In this document: in pieces, positions 22,455 through 30,656 of the stretch
Layout: every line of letters begins with the position of its first letter
How positions within the stretch are numbered: the first letter of the stretch is position 1
Origin: Craspedostauros australis
Lineage: Eukaryota
Assembly (NCBI GenBank): GCA_030167865.1
Contig: JALAGF010001367.1
Location: 1 to 34,887 of the forward strand
Length of the DNA: 34,887 nucleotides
Direction of reading: 5' to 3'
Notes under the pieces: generated by a model
What the model saw: the letters and a program-made list of their open reading frames with translations, nothing else
What the model was told of the DNA's origin: nothing
Databases searched by the model: none
Made by a program: the position numbers and the translations under genes

Positions 22455-24651
22455 AGCACTATTCGGTTTTGTGCTGATACTCCCTTCACTCTTGCTTGAC
22501 TTTTCATCCTTGTCAGACTCCTCACTCTCACTACTTGTGTTGTGCTCCATCGTCTTTGCCAAATGCTGTCCCTCCACCTCTCTCACAGTTGGTGTGATGG
22601 TCATGAATTTGATTTTCTTCTGCTTGAGCTTTCTTGGTTGGACAATGTTGCTATCTCTCGTCTTTCCCTTCTTGCCACTCCCTTCTGCGGTTGTGCTCAT
22701 CATGCTGCTTTCGGCTTCCCCCACTACCGCATCTTTGCCTTGGGTAACAAACTTGATGTCTGGGTACCATGACCCCAACACGTTCACAGCCGCTCTCCAT
22801 GCAATGGTGATCTCAGTCTTCCTCAGGAGCCCTCCTGAATTGGGAATCATCATGTCTTTCAGCACCATGTTTGGATCTGTCATGCTCAAGTCAGCAGCGA
22901 GTTGTTGGATCTGCTGTCGTCGTTCATCTGTTTTGGGCACTTGCGCCACACCAAATTTCTTTTCTTCCATCAATAGCCATGCTGATGAACACCTGCACTT
23001 CCTGCACCAGGATGGTGTTTCCTGTTTTGCAGTTGCCTTCCTGGTCCACCTGTATCGTTGATTCATCATCCCTTTCACCAGGATATGGATTGACCTGCCT
23101 TCCTCTGCCGTCACTTCACGGTAGGAGAACAAAACAGCCACCTTGCGGATTTCTCCTGGCAGAGATTTCCACATGCTTGTCGTTGTCCTGTGCGCAGTGG
23201 AGACTCTTTCCTTGTTTTCTCCTTCCACAAGTGTCAGCATCTTATCCCGTTTCTTGCTCCCAGCCTTCTGTGGCATGGTCTTGACAGCCCTTGTTTGTGA
23301 CTGTCCTCCTCCACGTATGCCGTTGGCAGTCTCCTTATGATTTACCATCGCTTTGCCTGCCATTGTTGCTGCTGTTGGCCTCACTTCTGTATCTTTTCTA
23401 TGGTTGACACCCGTTGACGTCGGTGCTGTTTCGGTGTTTGCATTCATTTTTGTACTATCTTTACGTGTTTCTACTGTTTTTGTTTTCCTGGTCCCTGGTC
23501 TTATGCTCCATTACACAATATTGTACTATATGATATTATATGATATTATATTATGTTGTGTCATATTCGCAAGTGTTGCTATTGCCGTGAACGTGGAAGT
23601 GGACGTGTAGGGATGCCACCACCAACACCGTGCTGTTTGACATCCCACGCACAAAGGAGGTAACGCACACCAGAGCCAAACCATCGACAACACAAGGAAT
23701 GAACGTAGCGCTGAACCTTTCACAACATCACCATCGAGGCCGCTGGATACCATCTCAGTCTGGCATCGACCGTCGATGACGTCACCATTTTCGTCCACAA
23801 TGAGGACAAGCCAGCCATGTATTTGTGTCGTAAAAGCTAGCTAAATATATCTAACCCTAATGGACAAGACGGAAAATTGATGTCTAAAAATATCACGTTT
23901 CAGTATCTCAAATCCGCAGAATAATACTCGACTTCGCTGAATGGGGCCGTATGTAAACAGAAACGTGAATGTGAATCCGTGCGTGAGTCATCATCACAAA
24001 CATCACAATTCGAGACTGAACAGGCATTGCGAGGTGATCATGTTGTCGGTCAAGCGAGCAACGTGACATTGGATGCCCACAACAATGTCCTCGAACTGGA
24101 GTGTCCTCTGTACCAATGCGAGATTCTGGACCGTGCACTCGTGCGTGCGACTAATCCACAACGCCGATGCCAACACCAACCCACGACTACTCGCACAACT
24201 CTCCGGAGAGGGAGAGCACCATACGTCACACTCAGGTGGAGAACTGAGGAAGCGCAGACGCATCCACGCCAACATCATGAGGGCTTCTCGTGATGGAATC
24301 AATAAGGAGGAGAGCGAAGCAAGCAACTCGTTGTGTGTGTTCCGAAAGGAACCAAGGCAGTCCACAATCGTTTGTGATTTGGAGTCGCCTCTGCCGCATG
24401 CAACAAACTTGCGAGAAGCGAGTACTTGGCGAGGCGACGGCCTCGTCACCATCTCACAGAGCCCAGAGCGAATGACGCAATCAATTGTGTTTGGGCTCTC
24501 CTCATCATTGGTTTGCAAGAGAGAAGCCACGAGAGTTGCTACCACCAGCACAATCAGAGAAGTTTTGCACGCGACGAGATCGTGGTGCAGAGCACAACAT
24601 AAGGCTATAGAAATTCTAAATCAAGCAGCTCAGCAGCATTGCTGTCACAAA

Positions 24652-24723
24652 GTCTGCATCGTATAGTGGCTAGTACCTCACATTGTGGTTGTGAAAGGCT
24701 GGGTTCGATTCCCAGTGCGGACA
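24652..24723 (+). tRNA. tRNA-His (GTG)
   Basis: Full cloverleaf: GTCTGCA/TGCGGAC acceptor, TCACA-TTGTGGT-TGTGA anticodon arm, CTGGG-TTCGATT-CCCAG T arm, discriminator A. No encoded G-1 (A at 24651), as is usual for eukaryotic tRNA-His. Confidence 0.95.
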
Positions 24724-24729
24724 GTACCC

Positions 24730-24734
24730 TTTTT
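24730..24734 (+). terminator. Pol III terminator (T5) of tRNA-His
   Basis: TTTTT starting 7 nt after the discriminator base. Confidence 0.8.
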
Positions 24735-24856
24735 GACCACACAGATTGAAGAATACGAGGAGACAAGTTTTCATTTTGCTCAATCGAAGGCTCACCACCC
24801 ACCATAACCAAGCACAGCATGTCGCTCGCACGATCCTTGCCCTCCTAACATTCTGG

Positions 24857-24872
24857 TGACGGCAAAACAAGA
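24857..24872. repeat. Target-site duplication, left copy (TGACGGCAAAACAAGA)
   Basis: Identical to 33228-33243. Confidence 0.93.
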
Positions 24873-25009
24873 ATAAATAAATAACACAATGATTAAACCC
24901 TCTTATGAGGCTGCGCCGGTGGCGCTTTTCTCCGCCTCCTTTCAACTTCGCGCAGGGCGCGAAGGGAGCACGGAATCTGTGTATCGTTTCATGTAAAATG
25001 TAGTCGTTG

Positions 25010-28000
25010 CTATCCACCCTCCGTGGAGCCACCAGGGCCGTAGCCAGGGTCTGGATGAGCTTGCCTGCGATAACGTAGCCACGTGAGCAGGGCGCCAGAG
25101 GCGGCCGGTTCACGCAGTATCATGGCGGCTTGCTCCACCCACACCGCGACCTGTGCTGTGGTAGCCCCTTCCGCCGGCTGAGACAACAGAATGCGTCGAT
25201 TGGCTGCCTGATCTTCCTCGAGGCGAAGCCGAAGTGATGCCGCTCGATTTTCCAGAGCTTGGATCATTTCGGCCTCGGCCGAGTCTTGACTGTGAAAAAG
25301 TTCGTCGTTGCGCACAGTCCACTGCTCCCACGCGATGTGCCAGATACGCCGCACCAGTTGTCTTGCCCACTTCGCTGCTGACCTTCGCGATTGCTGCTGC
25401 CGCAAGTACTCCTCCTGCATGCTTTCCCAGTGAGTGACGATTAGCCCCTTCCGGAGGGACTGGTGCCCCACTGCGAGCTGATGTTGAATAGCCTCATGGA
25501 GCATGCTCCCCGGGCTGGCTATTTGGAGATAAGCTGAGTTGTCGAACTGGCTGCGAAGGATGACAGAAATACTTGCCGCCACCGCAGGATGGGTTGGATA
25601 TCTCTGAAGCCACCTTCGAATATCGCTCAGAAGACGATGAGCCACTTCGCGCCTGCCACCGCTGGGACACTGCCAGAAATGCTTGGCGTCCTCACTTGCT
25701 GCGCATCCCGGACATTGGTCCGACAATCGCATTCCCCAGCGTTTCATGCGCTTTCCCAGAGGAGCCTCACCAGTGATCAGCTTGGTGATGAGCACCCTCT
25801 TCGGCTGGCCGATCTGCTTAAGCACGCGGCCTATGGTCGGCCACGCCACGTGGGATGCGTCATCGATCGCCCGCCGAGAAATAAGGACGTTGACAGCCTC
25901 CTGTTGAGTGCGCTCTCCGGCCACCGCCGAGTAGTTTACTTGCGTCAGTTTTGCCGTTGCCATGAACGAGACTCGCTCCCCGCGTATATGGCCGTCGTAG
26001 GCTGTTGTGCCAAGCATAGAGCTTCTCGCCGCTCCTGCCACCTTGTCTGCGATCACGTTCAGTCGGGCCCATCTGTCCAGTCTATGCCACTCCGTTTTGT
26101 TGTCTTGATGCCCTTTCACATGTCTCCCTCGAATCGTGATTGGTAGGTCTTCGCAGCTGTTGCGAACCGCCCTCAGCAGGTCTGCATCTGTGGAGGAAGG
26201 CGACAACCGCCACTCTTTGTCCAGGGCTTTCAGAGCACCAACATTGTCGCAACCGATCTCAGCGCTGCCGCCATCAACGCCATGCACTTCACAGATCACT
26301 GCCAGCATCGTCAGAACTCCGTAGAGTCCCGAGAGTTCCGCCCTGTGCGACTGCATGACCCCGTTTGTTGCTGGGGCGAGATTTGCGATGATCAGTTGCG
26401 CTGTCTCACCGCCGTATTCCGCCAGTATGACCGCCCCTGAGGCTCCGCTGCCGTCTGCTACTGAGCCGTCGCTGCACGCCACCGCAGTCCCCTGCCTTAT
26501 GGATTGGGCCACCGTGTCCCAGGACCCCGCTATTTCGTACTGTTGGACTGACCAAGATTGCGTACGCTGCATGGCTTGAATGGCCATCTCCACAGAGGTC
26601 GGACTTCTGGGTTCTGCGGTCATTCCCTCGCTTGCTCCTGTCACTACGATCTTTCCCGAATGGCGGTAACCGTCCACGAGCTTTGCGGGATTACACTCTT
26701 CTCCTTCGATTTCTGCGTAGAGTCTGCGCCTACTGCGCCGAGGTATTCTGGCGAACACCTTCGAGGGCTGCGACTTGTCGTGCAGTCTGTCACTCGCTGG
26801 GTCCCAAAATACTAATGGCTGCTGCGATGTGAATCCTCGCCACTGCCCAAGGTGCTGCTCCAGTTGAACGCTTCCGGTTCTGGACGCTGGGAAAATCCTC
26901 CGAATGACCTGTTGCCACGCTTTCCAGCTGGCTGAACTCAACTTCCCCACTGGAGGCCAATTGAGACATGTGGCCCGTAGTGGGACGTCGCCAGGCTGGT
27001 CGGCCGATGGCAATAGATGATCGCCGCCCACTGACACTATATCCGACAGCCAGAACACTTTCTTGGCGATCCGACACAAGTTGATGATCTTTTCCTGCTG
27101 CGGACCGAGCGCTAGGGCTTTAACGCGCACCATGATTGGCGCATCATTTTGTCTGGGGGCATGCAGTATCCTGCTCTCCCACTGCACTGTGATGCCCACC
27201 CCGCTTGTCTCCATCCACAACGACTTCATCCAAGAGTCCTCGGCCAAGTGTCCCCACTGGCTTGGATCCTGTTGGAACACGTCTGGAACTCCAACCTGTA
27301 TCGTAAGAAGCTCCACCAACGTGTGCATGAGCTTTCCTGTCAGCGTTGACCTCTGCCAATGGCGCGCCACACTCTCAAGATGTCTTGTGATCTGCACGTA
27401 GTACAGATGTTCCACTCCAAGTCCCAGACCTTCACTTGGCCCGAACACCAGTTGGCGAGACACATTTCGTTGAACTCCGGCCGCCGGCAGGGCTGCCATA
27501 AGGACTGGTCGCATGATGCGTTCGGTGGCTTCTCTCGTGAACGTCGCACTTGTCAATGGATATTCTAGAGCCTTCCATATTGTCGATTTCATGGCGATCC
27601 ACGCGTGCGTTCGTAACATGCGTCCTCTCCTCATCTTGTCTGCCCACTGCTCGGCCTTGCTTGCGTAGTACTCCTCATTGTCCTTCTGTACTCCATCGTG
27701 CCTGACCATGACTCCAAGCGCCTTCCTAGCTTGGTCGACTCGAAGTCGCAGTAGCGTGGACCTGTCCTGGCTGTCTGGCTGGCGGATGTTGATGTCGCCT
27801 GGTTGCTCTTCGATCGTTTTGTATTTCCATCCGGCGCCTTCCCACTTGAATGACATAAGGTACCAGTAACTCTTCCGGGGTTCGAGAGCTCCGCCTGTAG
27901 CACGCAGCATCCCTTCCCACGCGTCCACCACTTGTTGGATCTCCCTGACGCACTCTTCTGGATCATTGACGTCCGACTGTACCGAGTGGATCAGATCCGT

Positions 28001-30538
28001 GTCATCCACAAACGAGAAACATACCAGCTTTGTGGACACTTGCTTGGTTGGACTGACGGCCTTGAATCCGAATCCTCTTGCTGTCATTGCTGCCATGATC
28101 GGAGAACTCATTGCCACCCAACCTGCCGGGGATATGCCTAGTCCTTGTAGTAGGCCTTGCAATTTGGATCCACGGTGAGGGTAAGTTCTTGTGGACCTTC
28201 CAAAACCCGTCAGCACATGGTGCTGCATGGACTGCACTGCCGATGTTACACTTTCCCCCACGACTTCGGGCACACCCAGTCGCCGCATGCTGAGTTCCAG
28301 GGGAACATGCGCCATTCTGTCGTAACAGCTTTTCGCATCGTTTGAGCATATGCAGCTGGTGGCCGCCGTGATCCTGATGATGTCGTCCGTCATTCTGTTG
28401 TTGAGACTGACTTCTGCCGCGCTTCGCTGCTTGCGGCTGCCGTACTGTTCTTCCGGCAGCATCTGGTGTGTCTCCGCGTGTTTCATCATGATCTTACCGA
28501 TCCACTTGAGATTAGCGTTGAAATCTCCTTCCACCAAGCTGATGGTGCGGAACCTGGAAACTCGGAAATTTCCTGGCTCCTTTAGTAAGGTGACATCGGT
28601 GCACTTCAGCCATCGCTTCAAATTATACCCCGTCCTCAGAGACACCTCTCTCATGATCGCGTCGATGTTTGCGAGATCATCACACTTGGCATTCGCCTTC
28701 CACAGCCCAAAATGGAGGCCGGATGGACCCGACGTAGTCTTCTCCCTCGCTTTGGACCACAGTTGCTGGTGGCTGGACGTGGTGATGTGAAGATCTTCGG
28801 CCTTCCATGGTATTGCGCCAGTTTTGCCGAGTTCATCGAGAAGATGGTTGTCGTGCTGGCCGAGCTTGCGATGATGCCTGCGCTGGGCGGATTGTATACT
28901 CATGTTCCGTATGTCTCGAGCGAAGGTGGGATGCTGGAGCGGGGTCACGTACGCTTGCCTGTATTTTGCCTCGTTCGCTTTCATGCATTGGGTGATGACT
29001 GTTTGTTCTTTGTCGTACACTTCCTCTTCGCCACTTTCGTTATTGGCGATAACCATCGTCACCTTGCTGTTGGAATCGTAGTCCCCCATCACCTGTCTTA
29101 TGGCGCGGAAGGTTTCCACTACTTCTTCTCTTTTCTGTATGGAGACGAGAGCGGACTCCGCGGATATATTGCCCGCTTTGGCTTCCTCGTCTGCTCGTTG
29201 TTGCAGGAAAGTGGCCCGATGTTTCTGCGCGTCCTTTTTTGCCTTCTTCCATTTTTCATGCGCTCTCTTTCGTTTCTTGTCCAGATCCTCTTTACTGAGA
29301 GTGGCTGTGCGGGTTGAGATACCTGCCTGCTTTTTTGCTCTTTCATACCAACGGGAACTCACTTTCGTGCCTCCACGTCGCTTCCACGCCAAGTTCCAGA
29401 ACTGCTTCTCCATGGCTCTCTTTTTGACTTCCGGAGAGAATGGCACCTTTCCCATGTGTATAGTCCTGGCTTTCTTCTCGGCTGCCAACATGATGTGCGT
29501 GCGGTCGCTGTCGATGGATTCCATTCGTTCCACTTGGCCCGGAGTGAGCGCTTTTGATGATTCGATCTCCTCCCTTAGACTCTCAACCCGTCTCTGCATG
29601 TTCACCCGCCTGTATTGTTTTCTGACTTCTGTCTGGTACCGCTTGACCGTGATGGGCCTGTTCAGACGCACTCTTCTGCCTTCGAATTTGCTGGTGGGCC
29701 GACTCGTTGTGCCAAAGACCGAGTCTTGGGCTACCTCTATCCATGCTGTGCGATGATCCCAGGGACCAAATTCACTGTATCCTGAGCGCACGATTTGTAG
29801 AGACGCCGGCACCCAGATGCCATCGATGACCCTGTCTGTGCTTGCTCTTACGTTGGTAGACACTCCTGGGCCCGTCGGATGTCGGCTGAGGATCGCTTCT
29901 TTCATGTGTAGCCTCGCCATCATGTTGGCCATCTGAGAACGATTCACCGGCATGTTGATGTCGCCGCCCACTATCACTGTTTCTTCTGCTTCCTTCCACT
30001 GTCGAATCGACTCCTCGAGATCTTGAATCAGTTGCGAAATGGGTGGTGTGTGTATACCCTGCGACTCTAGCCAGGAGGCCTGCTGGTTATGGACTGTTCC
30101 CGCGCTTTGTCCTCCTTTATTTGGAATGTACACGCTGACGAATCTGATAGTCGTATCGCGTTTACCTCTGATCGCCATGCTTGCCCATCTGCCGAGCTTA
30201 CGCGGATCATTGGCCCTGCTTTTGTACCTTCCTGTGATATTTCCCGTCATGGTACAGGCTGTGCCGCCCCACTGTCTCAGGCTGCCCAGCTGTTCTCTCT
30301 CGTTATACGACAGAGAGTGTCGTTCCGTGTAGACGTGCTTCTTAGTCCTTGATTTCCATGAATTCATTCGTCCGATCTTGGACCAATTGACTCCTATTTC
30401 TGAGAGGAGAGCAACGTCGATCTTCTGCTGCTTGACCCATTGCCACAGGTCATCGTTTTTCCAGTGTTTCGACTCAGCCTGGAGACATCCCACGTTCAGA
30501 GCGGCTATTCGTATCATAGTGCCGCCTTTGGTGAACAT
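25010..30538 (-). CDS. Retrotransposon ORF2 polyprotein: APE endonuclease, reverse transcriptase, RNase H, C-terminal CCHC knuckle
   Basis: APE: IRIAALNV, DVALLSE, VSVYIP, VGGDIN, IDGIW, WDHR. RT: FRTISL, QYGSRK, SNDAKSCYD, LLQGLGISP, SFVDDT. RNase H: ACSDGS, RAELSG, GCDN, HVKGHQD, NVIAD. Knuckle: CPGC-x8(approx)-HFWQC. Confidence 0.96.
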   Translation of the reverse strand: MFTKGGTMIRIAALNVGCLQAESKHWKNDDLWQWVKQQKIDVALLSEIGVNWSKIGRMNSWKSRTKKHVYTERHSLSYNEREQLGSLRQWGGTACTMTGNITGRYKSRANDPRKLGRWASMAIRGKRDTTIRFVSVYIPNKGGQSAGTVHNQQASWLESQGIHTPPISQLIQDLEESIRQWKEAEETVIVGGDINMPVNRSQMANMMARLHMKEAILSRHPTGPGVSTNVRASTDRVIDGIWVPASLQIVRSGYSEFGPWDHRTAWIEVAQDSVFGTTSRPTSKFEGRRVRLNRPITVKRYQTEVRKQYRRVNMQRRVESLREEIESSKALTPGQVERMESIDSDRTHIMLAAEKKARTIHMGKVPFSPEVKKRAMEKQFWNLAWKRRGGTKVSSRWYERAKKQAGISTRTATLSKEDLDKKRKRAHEKWKKAKKDAQKHRATFLQQRADEEAKAGNISAESALVSIQKREEVVETFRAIRQVMGDYDSNSKVTMVIANNESGEEEVYDKEQTVITQCMKANEAKYRQAYVTPLQHPTFARDIRNMSIQSAQRRHHRKLGQHDNHLLDELGKTGAIPWKAEDLHITTSSHQQLWSKAREKTTSGPSGLHFGLWKANAKCDDLANIDAIMREVSLRTGYNLKRWLKCTDVTLLKEPGNFRVSRFRTISLVEGDFNANLKWIGKIMMKHAETHQMLPEEQYGSRKQRSAAEVSLNNRMTDDIIRITAATSCICSNDAKSCYDRMAHVPLELSMRRLGVPEVVGESVTSAVQSMQHHVLTGFGRSTRTYPHRGSKLQGLLQGLGISPAGWVAMSSPIMAAMTARGFGFKAVSPTKQVSTKLVCFSFVDDTDLIHSVQSDVNDPEECVREIQQVVDAWEGMLRATGGALEPRKSYWYLMSFKWEGAGWKYKTIEEQPGDINIRQPDSQDRSTLLRLRVDQARKALGVMVRHDGVQKDNEEYYASKAEQWADKMRRGRMLRTHAWIAMKSTIWKALEYPLTSATFTREATERIMRPVLMAALPAAGVQRNVSRQLVFGPSEGLGLGVEHLYYVQITRHLESVARHWQRSTLTGKLMHTLVELLTIQVGVPDVFQQDPSQWGHLAEDSWMKSLWMETSGVGITVQWESRILHAPRQNDAPIMVRVKALALGPQQEKIINLCRIAKKVFWLSDIVSVGGDHLLPSADQPGDVPLRATCLNWPPVGKLSSASWKAWQQVIRRIFPASRTGSVQLEQHLGQWRGFTSQQPLVFWDPASDRLHDKSQPSKVFARIPRRSRRRLYAEIEGEECNPAKLVDGYRHSGKIVVTGASEGMTAEPRSPTSVEMAIQAMQRTQSWSVQQYEIAGSWDTVAQSIRQGTAVACSDGSVADGSGASGAVILAEYGGETAQLIIANLAPATNGVMQSHRAELSGLYGVLTMLAVICEVHGVDGGSAEIGCDNVGALKALDKEWRLSPSSTDADLLRAVRNSCEDLPITIRGRHVKGHQDNKTEWHRLDRWARLNVIADKVAGAARSSMLGTTAYDGHIRGERVSFMATAKLTQVNYSAVAGERTQQEAVNVLISRRAIDDASHVAWPTIGRVLKQIGQPKRVLITKLITGEAPLGKRMKRWGMRLSDQCPGCAASEDAKHFWQCPSGGRREVAHRLLSDIRRWLQRYPTHPAVAASISVILRSQFDNSAYLQIASPGSMLHEAIQHQLAVGHQSLRKGLIVTHWESMQEEYLRQQQSRRSAAKWARQLVRRIWHIAWEQWTVRNDELFHSQDSAEAEMIQALENRAASLRLRLEEDQAANRRILLSQPAEGATTAQVAVWVEQAAMILREPAASGALLTWLRYRRQAHPDPGYGPGGSTEGG

Positions 30539-30656
30539 AGAGTCTCCCCAGCCCTTGTCGAGGAGGTCCGGCCCTTCTCGGCGCCTTTCCTCCGGGGTTG
30601 CATCTGTTAGGCTTGCGGGGGTGGTTGACGATGCTTCGCCTGCCCCCAGCCTGTCA

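Larger units (their letters stand above)
20880..23447 (-). pseudogene. Disrupted ORF1 of the degenerate element
   Basis: Pieces at 23447-22455, 22279-22100, 22061-21834, 21815-21336 and 21315-~20900 are collinear with intact ORF1 (e.g. EYTKQIGMLTYMGNF~EHTTEIGFMAYSGNF). They contain stops, frameshifts and an insertion. Confidence 0.85.
18330..23501 (-). mobile_element. Degenerate, internally deleted non-LTR retrotransposon related to the 24873-33227 element (ORF1 remnant + post-RT/RNase H/CCHC remnant; EN and RT missing)
   Basis: Fragmented ORFs match the intact copy: QLAADLSMTDP~QLVADLSLTNP; PRRQGDRPIM..NLCQRSMKLFWMSEIV~PRQNDAPIM..NLCRIAKKVFWLSDIV; SQRAELAGIYG~SHRAELSGLYG; RHVHGQQD~RHVKGHQD; CPRCSEMETHGHLWAC~CPGCAASEDAKHFWQC. 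A decayed direct repeat (16/19 identity) lies at 18311-18329 and 23502-23520. Confidence 0.9.

Noticed and set aside
23851-23860. CTAACCCTAA telomere-like motif
   Set aside because: Fewer than two full units, so expected by chance.
23900-24666. Overlapping 100-197 aa ORFs between the two retroelements
   Set aside because: Non-ATG starts, no motifs, and one ORF runs into the tRNA gene.
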